DNA of 64,000 nucleotides from Phyllosticta citribraziliensis (taxonomy: Eukaryota). Positions 11,204 through 21,602 of this stretch are shown piece after piece; within the stretch, counting starts at the first letter, position 1; the number at the start of each line of letters is the position of its first letter. The DNA is taken from assembly GCF_038025025.1 (NCBI RefSeq), contig NW_027117341.1, positions 2,170,001 to 2,234,000 of the forward strand. Reading direction: 5' to 3'. The notes under the pieces were generated by a model that worked only from the letters and a program-made list of their open reading frames with translations, was not told the DNA's origin and ran no database searches. The position numbers and the translations under genes were made by a program.

Positions 11204-11851
11204 TCAGGCCCAGCGAGACGCAGCTGTTTGACTCACGCGACCGAGCTCATGGCCCGAAGAAAGCGAAGAACTGTGGCGGTGGACTGTCTTGATGATGTCG
11301 CGCCGCCCGCTCGCGGGCTGTGGAGCACTGGCCTCGTCGTCTACATATTTCCCAGAAAAAGCCAAAATCGGACTGCCAAGCGCATCCGTGGAGCGAGAAA
11401 GTTGTCGAGTGATCGAGAGTTGAGAGTCATAATCACGTTCGAATACCCAGCTTGATTTGATGCCGAGAGAAGTGAGCGGCAAGTTGGCCTGGAGAGCAGT
11501 GCATTTTGAGGGCCCAGAAACTGTCTGGGTATGTGACTCAAGTTCATTGACCTCGGAAGGAGACCCCACAGGAGACAAGTTCTTGTCGAGGCCTTCGAAT
11601 TGTACAGCCGCCTTTTAGATCCTGTACTATATTCCATCGCTCTCCCCAGAGGAAGGCAACTGGAGCTCGAGTCGATGTGCAATTTGCGAGCCATCATAGG
11701 CTGTCAACTCGCTGGTGTAGGTCCGCGGCAGTTGGCCCTGTGACGGGAACCTCTGTCGGCGTCCCAATAGGCAGAATGGACATGTGTACGCGGCGCTCAA
11801 GGTGTCGTAATTCCACCAAATCACTTTGGCGGAAATCGGAACGAAGCCCAT
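11204..11851 (-). pseudogene. Degenerate third paralog of the ankyrin-deaminase family; ankyrin region absent
   Basis: From the ATG at 11851: ISAKVIWWNYDTLSAAYTCPFC. Then GI*YRI*KAAVQFEGLD (TAG 11627-29, TAA 11615-17), which aligns with TAWYVIDKQKARFVALG of copy 1. It continues in frame to SSWVFERDYDSQLSITRQLS (compare DYVFEK..IRLS and NWSFER..FKLS). No intact HxE or PCxxC seen. Confidence 0.7.
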
Positions 11852-13383
11852 GTCGGCCGCTTTGCTTGATGAGATGATCAACAAACAGTCGCGCTGGACA
11901 TTCGGTGGCTTGCGAGTCCGTGTACGACGATTGATCGCTGTGGTAGAGTCCATCTGCTCGCGAGGGAGCTCTAGCAATGTGCCAAAAGGGGCAGACAAGC
12001 GGCCATGGAACGGTCGATCCACCGAGAGCTGCTTTTCCGCACCCACGTTAACAATGGGGCGAGTGCGGTCGCCCCGGGACATACCTGGATATTCTTTCTA
12101 TTCCAGCCCTCGCCTTATATCACAGCGAAGGCAATGCGGCTTATTGTGTAGCTACCAGGTGTGCGGCATCACGGTCGAGCTCGAGGAAGGTGGAGCGACG
12201 GCGCAGCTCAGCGGCGGATGGTCATTGGACAGCAGGAGTGCTCCGATTGACAAGCCCCTGGTGAGGGAGGAGGGTTGTTTCATGGTTCGTTGCAGCAAGA
12301 CATTCCGACGTTGTCAAGGTTGATTGTTGAAAATATGCCACCCCGCCGAAAGACTGGTCCCGGGTGAAGCCGGCCGCTCGTGGTTGTAATCTGCACAGGA
12401 AAAGTCGTTTGGACCCGTTTTCAGACGCTCTCGATTGTGGCTAGTTTGCATGGCTTCGCTCGCGACGGTCGTGTGAAATCGGCACAGCATGGCCTTTGGG
12501 CGCATCGTTTGCGGATTTCCTCGTGGAGCGAAGCAAGGCTTCTTCCCTGTGCGCGCTCAGATCATCAGTACGTTTCTCGTGAATGGGAAGCTTCGGACCG
12601 TCCACCTCGAGATGGCCAAGCAGCTGTCCGGGCTGTCAGTAGAGTGCAGCCGTGAAAAAATAGTCCGCGCGGAAAAGAGCCCGCAACCGTCGCATCGTGA
12701 CGGTGGGAAATTGCAGACAGAGAACAGTGACGTGTGAAATTCACGCTCTGGGTCGCGACGGCGAGGGGTTTGAAGCAGCTGAAAAACGGTGCAAGTTTGG
12801 GTTCCTTGTTGCAGAGGGGGAGACGCGCCGGAATGGAAGACGCGTCGTCGGGTCCGTGTCGGCGAGACGCGCCCCGGCACTTACCCATGACGTCACTCCG
12901 CCCGCCGCGAAGACTCCCCTGGGTGGACTTCCGCGGCCGTCACCTCACACTGCACTGGCACGTCTACACCACCCACCAGGAACGATCCCGCACTTCTCGG
13001 CAACTGGAAAGAAATGTCAAGGCTTGAAATTTCTTGACCAGGAACACCTCATTTACCACTTCAAGGCGAGCAACGACGACGACCCGAGCAGCTCATTCAC
13101 CAACCACGCATCCAGCCACGTCAGAGGCACCCAGTAAAGTCAACAGAAATAGGGAAGAGATTGATGGGACATCAGACTGGATCAAAAGAGCTCAGATACC
13201 TGGCTCAGAGCGACGGGAGCAAGACTCATGTCTCATCATTCTAATCGTCTATCAATGTCTACTGTATCCCTTAGCATAAACGACGAACAAAACACAGGAG
13301 AAGCCGTCAAGCCACACACCCGTCTCAAGCCGACAGCATCAGACAGACAGCACTCACAGAATTTTCCTCTCCTCTTCAGACAT

Positions 13384-15295
13384 CTACAGCTTTTCCATTC
13401 CCCCATCCACCGAGACAGGTGTCTGCGCCACAACACTGCCCTCCTTCCCGTCAGCGCCAGAGCTCGGTGTCGAGCTCGCGCTCGTACTGTTCGTCCTCTC
13501 GCTTTGATCCTCGGGAGCCAAAGTAGGCGTAGTAGCTCCACTGTTGCCCTGCGTGCCGATGCGCAGGAAGAAAACGAGTGGGATGCCGCACGCGGCAACC
13601 GCAGCGCAGTACCACATGGTTGCAGCAAACGGCTCAAACGGGTCGTGGGCGTGGTAGCCTGACGCCGCAGGGTGCGTTTTCACGGCGTCGAATATGGCGG
13701 TGCTGACGCCCAGGCCGATGGTCAGGCAGAGCTTGGTGACGGTTTGGAAGATGCCGCCGGCCAGCGATTGCTGCGAGGGTGGCAGCGAAGACATGACGTA
13801 CATCTGCGACGGGTCAATCTAATCAGTCTACACAATTCAGGGAGAGATGGAGACGTACGTTGGCGACGCAGAATTCAAAGTCGGCGCCGACGACGCCGAG
13901 AAGCATGCCCGGAAAGATGAAGGCCCAGTAGGAGCTGTACGAGTGTTGGAGGCCCAGAAGTAGAAAGGAAAGCGTATAGCAAAAGGCGCCGATGCCCATG
14001 AGCAGCTTGTTGGAGACTTTGTGCATGATTAAGCCGGCGACCACCTGATGTGTTAGAGATGCAGGAGGAGAAATATGGATTTTAACTTACATTCATGGTG
14101 ATGCCACCAATGGCCATGGGTAGCAAGTGCACCGCAACCTTGAGCGGTCCATAGCCTTTGACTAGCTGCATGAAAAGCGAGACCCAAAAAGACATGGTCG
14201 GGAAGGCAAGAAATCCGAACAGAAGCACAGCAATGATGATGCTGAAGTCGCGGTTCTTCCAGATGTACATGGGTACGATGGGATGCGGATAATACATTTC
14301 CCAAAATACAAACGTGACCATGGTGAAGACGCCGAGAATCAGGAGCACAAGCACATAAGGCGTCTTCCAGCCCTGTGGTGCATCAGATCCGAGGCTGCAA
14401 CTCAACTGATTAGCAAGCTGTGCTTTTGCAGAATGAAAGAAGACCACAAACCTGAGCGCAGCTGAAAACATGCCAATGCCGGCAATAGTCAGTCCACTGC
14501 CAACGATGTCAAGCCTCTTACCGGATTCTCTGTTGAGCGGCAGTTTGACGCTTTGATCTGGCGGCAATATGAAGATGGCAACGCAAGTGATGACGGCAAA
14601 GATAATGGCGAGCAGCCAGAAACTCGCGCGCCAACTGAACAATTGCACGGCAATGCCCGAGAAGATGGAGCCTGTGACCATACCCAGCGGATTACCAGCG
14701 CTGAAGCAGGCAAAGGCGCGGTTTTTGCGTTTCGAAGGCCTGTGGTAAGTAGTGGCAAGCATGCCCTGTGCAGTCGGCACAGCAGCTGCAGCAGACAGAC
14801 CCATGAAACCATTGAGAATGTCGAGCTGTATGGGGCTCTGGGAGAATCCAGCCGCGAGAGAGAAGACCGAGTACATGGCCAGGCTTCCAATAAGCATAAA
14901 TCTGCGTCCAAACAAGTCGGCCAAGCGGCCGAAAAGGAGCAGGAATGACCCAGATGCGAGGCTGGTTGTATTAGTCTCAGCGAAGGCTTGGGTTGGAATT
15001 GCACGCACGAAGATGCCCCATTGATCCAGGTGACTTCGGCCGTAGTCATGTCCAGATCTTTCTTCACTATGGCGGTCATAACAACAACGGTTCCAGCAGC
15101 CAAGACACTCATACTGTTGCTCAGGGTTGCAATCAAGACGAAAAGTATTTCTTGAATAGTCGAGCTGAAGATGGCAGGCCTTGCATTGTCGTCGCTGGCT
15201 GCTGCATCGGGCTGGGATGATTCGAGGCCAATGGCAAGGGATTTTTCGGCACTCTCGACGCCATGTTGATTTTCAATATCGGTGGTCCGTTGCAT
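13384..15295 (-). CDS. MFS drug:H+ antiporter-like transporter (14-TM type), multi-exon
   Basis: MFS motif A (FGRLADLFGRR) and many hydrophobic helices across ORF pieces 14489..15295, 14082..15008, 13823..14044 and 13384..13803, separated by short GT-AG introns. Confidence 0.9.
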
Positions 15296-15804
15296 GGTTT
15301 GAAGTAAAAGACGAAGCCGCAGGAAAAGAAAGGCCTGGCTCTCACACCCTTGCCGGTTTTCTCTCCGTATATTTAAACAATGAAAAAGTCCGAACGGATA
15401 GATAGCGGTTGCATGAGTTCAATTCCAGGCACGCCAGGGCCGTGATGACTTGCGTAGGCGGCGCCATTTCTGCCGACGACGCAAAAGAATGGTCATCGCT
15501 GACTGACGTGCGTAACCACCAATGAGGCAGCCTCGACGTCTCGAGGCGCTTTGTCATGTCGCAGGGCTCTGTCTCTATCCGTGAGCGCTCTTTTCTTTTG
15601 TGGCGTTGATTCGTTATACGTACCGATTCGTGCAACTTGTTCAAATTGGTCCGCATATACGACGCTTACCTATCAAGCTGGACGACTTCGGTAAACCGGA
15701 TGGGGCCATTTGCGGGCAGGATGAATGAAGCTCGCAGTAGACAGACGTAGGAGGTTCGGGTAGAGTGTGTGATCGTCGACGCAGCGCGGGCCCCGCTGAT
15801 TGTC

Positions 15805-16935
15805 TCACAACTTCCACACCTTCCAGCCTTTGAGATCCATCTTCGATAATGCACCTCTGAGCGGACCTTGAACCTCGCCTTGTTCGGCCCAAACTTTTCG
15901 TCCGGACCAGTGGTCGAGGAACCCGTCGGGGCCAGATATCATGATGAGCTGCGTGCCTTGTTTTCCGTGCGGAGTTTCGGACAGGTGCTTGGAGACGTGC
16001 GCTGGCCTGATGAAGCTTCCCTCTTCATCGACGTAGTACTCGACCCGCAGGCGGCCATCTGCCCCCACATGCTTTTTGAGCGCCTCCAGCTCCTGCACGA
16101 TTGCGCCCTCCTTCCCCTCCTGTTCTTGCGCAGACATAAAGTCCTCGCTCTTTGGCTTTTGGCCCAGCCCAATCCAGCTCTTCCACCCTCCATTGCCGCT
16201 GTTTGAATGTCCCCTCGCGCCACTATCACTCTTTCCGCCCACGCACTCCTCCCTCAATCTGTTTGCCCAGAGGATGCGTATCCTGGCGTCGTTTGATTCC
16301 CGCGTCATCAGTGCATGAGCGACCTGCAGGGCTGGCGCGATGCCCGTCCCGCCCGCGATAAACAGAACGTCTGTCGTATCATGTGGGACTTCGAACTCGA
16401 CGTGGGGGCCGCGCAGCTCGACAGTGGAAGAGACGGGAAGACGGTGCAGGTAGTTGGACACCTCGCCAGAAGGCTCGCGACGGATGAGCAGGCGGATGGC
16501 GCGGGAAGAGTGCGCGTCGTCGTCGTCCTTGTTGGCGGCAGCAGGTGTAGCCTGAGAGGAGGTCGAAGACGGAGACGTAGTGACAGCCGGTTCTGGCACA
16601 GCTGACGGCGATGGTGGCAGCGGTGTGTACGCCCGGGCTATCTGCAGCTGTGGCTGCTTGACCTCGACGCTCCAAACGCCACGCTGCCAGACGTGTTTCA
16701 AGTCGTGGTGACCGGTGTGATCTTGCGCATGGAGGGTAAAGATGCTGCTGGTCCTGGAAACCGGCTCGCGCGCGGCAATGGTGTAGGCGGAGAAGTTTTG
16801 CGGGTGCAGTCCGTCGGCAGACTCGTTGCGCTTGGAGTCGTAGTGGCGCCACGCAAAGCCGCCTACGGCACCGCCGCTGACGACGAGCAGAGCACCTGCA
16901 TAGGGCCGGATCGAGCTGCGTAGAACGCGTGGCAT
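15805..16935 (-). CDS. CYC2: Cytochrome c mitochondrial import/maturation factor (FNR-like FAD/NAD(P)-binding oxidoreductase)
   Basis: Contains VKQPQLQIARAYTPLP, GEVSNYLHRL, VELRGP, LFIAGGTGIAPALQ, ILWANR, ISGPDGF and QGPLRGALS..GWKVWKL; basic N-terminus followed by a TM segment. Confidence 0.85.
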   Translation of the reverse strand: MPRVLRSSIRPYAGALLVVSGGAVGGFAWRHYDSKRNESADGLHPQNFSAYTIAAREPVSRTSSIFTLHAQDHTGHHDLKHVWQRGVWSVEVKQPQLQIARAYTPLPPSPSAVPEPAVTTSPSSTSSQATPAAANKDDDDAHSSRAIRLLIRREPSGEVSNYLHRLPVSSTVELRGPHVEFEVPHDTTDVLFIAGGTGIAPALQVAHALMTRESNDARIRILWANRLREECVGGKSDSGARGHSNSGNGGWKSWIGLGQKPKSEDFMSAQEQEGKEGAIVQELEALKKHVGADGRLRVEYYVDEEGSFIRPAHVSKHLSETPHGKQGTQLIMISGPDGFLDHWSGRKVWAEQGEVQGPLRGALSKMDLKGWKVWKL

Positions 16936-17117
16936 GGGACAGCGAGCTTGTGGTGTTGCGGGGAGTGGGCGGCTCGTTGTTGAAGACGGAAGAGTGTGAG
17001 ACGGGCTTAGCGGAGTTTAGAGATGCCCGCGTCATGATTTCGCCAAGGTCAGGTCTGTCCAACAATTATTCCTTCTATAGGTCTATATAGTCTGTCTGAT
17101 AGAGCAGGGTGGTATCC

Positions 17118-18324
17118 TCATAGTCTTATGACTGAACGCGCGTCATTGTCTTCAATCCCGCCTCTGAACATGTCCTTGATAACCTTGCCCTGGACGATAG
17201 TTGCATCGACAATGCCCTCGACGTGCTCCGGATCCACTCGTCCATACCAGATGCCTTTGCCGGCCAGAGGATGTCCAGCCTCGCGCAAGATCCGTGGAAT
17301 GTAGATTATGACGTTGCCAGCGTACTTGTGTCCACCAATGTGGCTTATCAGTCCGACGCTGGCCGACATGCCCTCATGATGCTCTTGCAAGTCGGGCTGA
17401 GGTCGAAGAGGAATGCCCTTGGCCTGGAGCTTTTCCTCGAACTCGTCCCGCAACAGGGGCCCGTATATTCCGCAACGCGCGTCTCTCCCGCCGTGTCCGC
17501 AGATGAGGACCATGATCTCGTCCACTTCTCTCACACCCTCAAATTGCTGCTGCAATGATTCATCTCTCACCATTATTTGCTGCTGGTCTTCGTCGAGAAT
17601 CTCTAGGTTGAGAGGGTGGAGCTTTTTTGGCTTGACGAATCCGCGCAGAAAATTCTTGACGCCGTCACCGGCGAGGGGTATCGATGGGATGTAGCGGAAA
17701 CTGGGAAAGAGGTACGCAGAGGCTGTGTCGGGAGAAGACGAAGCGGCGGGGAATGACACATTGGTGATGCTGGAATTATGGAAGGGCTACACGAAAGAGT
17801 TAGCATAGATCCCTACAAGGAGCATGCGCGAAAGCTCAAACGCTCAAACCCGAGGAGGAGCATATACAGGTACAGGCTCGAGCGCCGCGGCGAGCTGGCT
17901 TGCTACCGCGACGCCCCTCTCTCCCTCTCCTCCACGCGCGCAATGCTCATCTGTGTGTGAGTACTACTCGGGGAGTGTGACGAACGTCGCAGAGCTCCCC
18001 CTTTCTGCCCAGTAGCTCTTTTAGCTTGCGCTGGAAGTGGGCGTCCTCTTCGTCTTCGATTTTGCTCTTCCAGTCGTCCTTGCCCGTGGCAATCATGATT
18101 TGTTCCCCGTAGCTGGCCATGGTGCCATTCAGATTTTGCTTGCGATCTATGTCGAGGCCCTCGGGCATGGGAGGCACTGGGCGGCATGCGCATGTTGGTG
18201 ACGGACAAGATTCGACGACAGGGAACGGCGGAGGTTTCTGCGGGATGGGTATTCGTCGCGACCCGGTGAGGCGTGGAAAAGACGCGGTGAAGAGCGACCG
18301 TCTGGCGCCTCGTAGAATCAGCAT
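17118..18324 (-). CDS. Sucrase/ferredoxin-like (Aim32/Apd1 family) thioredoxin-like 2Fe-2S protein
   Basis: Exon 1 from the ATG at 18324 (CPSPTCAC, TGKDDWKSKIE). An intron at 17787..17985 joins CD|PFHN. Exon 2 has VLICGHGGRDARCG, ISHIGGHKYAGNVIIY and GIWYGRV. Confidence 0.9.
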
Positions 18325-18542
18325 GATTGCAAAAGAACGTGGTGGAGAGGAAAGGCTGGCGGCGCGGGGAGTTTTGTAGATTGCCAAAGGCCGAAGTCCG
18401 TCGGCGTCAAACGTCACAGCTCGGCCTCGGCTCGCTCTTCTCCACATCCGTGGATCCCATCGGTCTCGGTCTCCCGAAGCCCAACCACCTCCTCCGCATT
18501 TGCAACCGCAATGTCCGCGACAACTCCCATTGAACCGCCAGA

Positions 18543-19918
18543 ATGACCGATGCGGGCTCCACGCCGCCTCCAGACGACCCTCCCTCCGCCCCAGCTTCAA
18601 CCACGCCCTCGCGCGCAGCTCGTCCGCGGTCCCCGCGATTCCCTCCGCACAATGCTCCTCGCGTCTGGTTCTTGACGAATGGCACCTCGCCAATCAGCAT
18701 AGCCCTGGCTACAAAGGTCTTGGAACACGGCGACTATGTGGTCGCCGGCGTCTTGCCTGCAGAGTTTGAGCGCGAGAGTGGGCGGAGCGAAGAGTTTCGG
18801 GACTTTTTGGACATTGTGGGCAGGGCCGAAGGCGAGCGGGAGCGCTGGAAGGAAAGGCTGAGGATTGTGGGACTAGACGCTAGGTAAGGTGCGCATATGT
18901 CCTTTGCTTGTTGGTGGTGTGGGAATACTGACAAACGCGTCTCAGGGTCATAGGCCAGTGTCAAGCTGCCGTCGCGGAAGCAGTCGAGGCCTTTGGTAGA
19001 GTCGACGTGCTCCTGGGCTGCTCGAGCGAAACCGTCATGGGCACTGTCGAAGAACTGTCTCAAAATACTCGCACAATGAATCTCATCCGCAACCAGTTCG
19101 AGACCAATTTCTTTTCCAATGTCAACATCATCAAGGCCGTCCTCCCTGCTATGCGTGAGAAGAAGAATGGACACATTATCATGCTCACGGGCACAAGTAC
19201 GGGTCCTCAGAGCCATGCGCTGAAGAATATTAGCTAACTTCTATTGAGCTGGCCATTTGGGAACACCAGGACTGGGGGTTTACTGCGCCTCTCAATGGGC
19301 AATTGAAGGGTACTGCGATGTAGGTCATTCCACATACCTCGGCAATTGTCCGCTAACCAACCACAGAGTCTCGCCTTTGAAATTGCTCCGTTCAATATCA
19401 AAATGTCCATCGTCCAGCCTAACATTGAAGTCAACGTCCTCACCAATCGCATCACATCAGCTCCTCCGATGCCCGAGTACGCGCCCGACGTCAATCCTGC
19501 TCCACTAGCTCGCGACATGTTTAGCGGCTTGCTCGACAAGATTGATACTCGCTCGGCGGGCATAGCGCAGGCACCATCTCCGACAGGTGACATTGACGAC
19601 TTGTCTTTTGGGAACACTCCGCAAAGCGTGGGCGACATGCTTTCTTCTCCAAACATTGCGTCTCTGTATCCCATGCTTGACCCCGGCGTAAGGGCGGGAC
19701 TCATCGCGGAGACGGTGCACGCTTTGACGGCGATTGGCGGTCATGACAATCCGCCCGCGAGGCACATTGTCGGGTTTGAAGGGGTCGCGAGTGTAAAGGA
19801 AAAGCTCAAGACTGTGAGTGAAGAGTTGGAAGACTTTACCGAGGTCAGCAGCGCAGTGGATATTGTCAAGGGGGAGGACTGGCAGGCAATAGATGTACAG
19901 AACCAGGGGACTTCTTGA
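18543..19918 (+). CDS. Short-chain dehydrogenase/reductase family protein, multi-exon
   Basis: RVWFLTNGTS, FGRVDVL, FETNFF, GVYCASQWAIEG and SLAFEIAPFNIKMSIVQP, spread across exons split by three short introns. Confidence 0.85.
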
Positions 19919-21602
19919 TATTCGAGTAAGTCATTCAAGCCTCTTGTCTTTTGTCCGCTGACGCAACGTCAAAGAACAGCCCTTTGCTACTACAAGCTAT
20001 GTACAAATGCAGTTGGCGGAATGCTTCGCGTCTGCTGCCAAGACACATCAACAAACAAATGGTGAGGCTGCAACGAAACAGCCGCGAAGATTGTTTCAGG
20101 GCAAGATTGCGTGAAGAGCAGCAATACTTGCATATGACGGAGAACGAAAATGGCACTGCTCATGTCGTAGAGCTAATGCGAATCGAGAATGACGCGTTCC
20201 TCCTGAGTAGCTATCGGCGAGCTGCTTGAGGCGGCCGTGACTTCAGTCGAGTGCGCTACAAGGTTGATACCTTGGCAGCCCCGCGGCCGTACCATCAACC
20301 GAAACGATGCTTTCGTTTGACCAAGGGGTTTGATGTTTTGTCTGGCCCAGGACCGTTTCCACCCTGAAGGTTTTGTATTTTGAGTCTCGAGAATTTGGAG
20401 AACATCACAGCGGAACTGACTCGGCAGAGGAGAAAAGGCCGCACGATATTGAAGAGCGCTGCTCTAGCCTCATTGCACCATTGACCGTCCCAAAACAACC
20501 GGACTCTAGGTGTTATTCGCGTCCTCAAGCGACCCTCGCCAGCCGACCTAGCAACCACGTGCGCGAGGCTTCGGCCGCACCGACGACACCCTACGTCTCC
20601 CATAGAGACCGCAGTAATGAGACACTCGACCTCTTGGCCCTTTTGTTTCGTGGGCCAAACTACCACACCTGCCAGGAACAAGAAACGCCAGTCCGGGAAC
20701 CTCACTGTCAAAGAGTACAGGACCGCGAATTCAGTGTCCGTTTCCCTGGAAGCCGCGAAGACTAACGGCCACTTGCAAATACAGCACGGCTCGCAAGGAG
20801 AACAATCAGAGCGACAAACGGACCAAAAGTCTTGTCCCGCCCAAAAATGTCCTGCGTACTGTCGAGGTGGGATTTCATTGCTGGCCCACGGCACAGGCAA
20901 CGGCGTAGTTGCTGCGACCTCTCATTCAGGGTTCAGCCAACTAGCATGGGGAACCTTTCTTGCTGCCGTCGCAATCGACTCAACAACGCCAGATTCGGCG
21001 CCGTGAAACAACCGGAAATGGATACCTCTACCAAATCCGACTGGCATCACGGTATCTCCAAAGGAATCAACCTCTTTGCGAGAATCCTGAGATTTGCAGC
21101 ACATCGCCAGGAATCAAGGCGTACAATTTTCGGACATCTTTGCCGTCACGTACCTTTTACGTGTGGCCCGTGGATCCAAAAGTTCCAGACGCTGACGTAG
21201 ATGGTCGCCGGTACACAAACAGGGCTACAACACTAGCTGCCACCGCCGAACTCGCAAAATTTGCTACTTGTTTTGTTTACTCCTCAAATGTCCAGGGATT
21301 GGACAACGCTCTCGACCTCGAAACGACCATGTGTCTTCCCATACTACCAACTGATCGACAGACAGGGCAAGTACACTACAACGCACGGAACTAATAAACC
21401 TGCTGGATTGTTTACCGCTCGTAGTCGGACAAAACAGTGATCGACAACTCTATCCTTATTCTATAAAGATCTGCCTGCTTCAGCGGCTCCGTTCTCCATC
21501 GGTACAACAAACAAACCTCCGTGAGGTCGAACAACATTCGCTACTGATCTCTCCCCCCTCTCACCAAATCCTCACACTACACACAACCTCGATCGGCCCA
21601 TC

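Noticed and set aside
18543..19918. Non-canonical SDR motifs (TNGTS, YCASQ) as a sign of pseudogenisation
   Set aside because: The frame and splice sites are intact; atypical SDRs are common.
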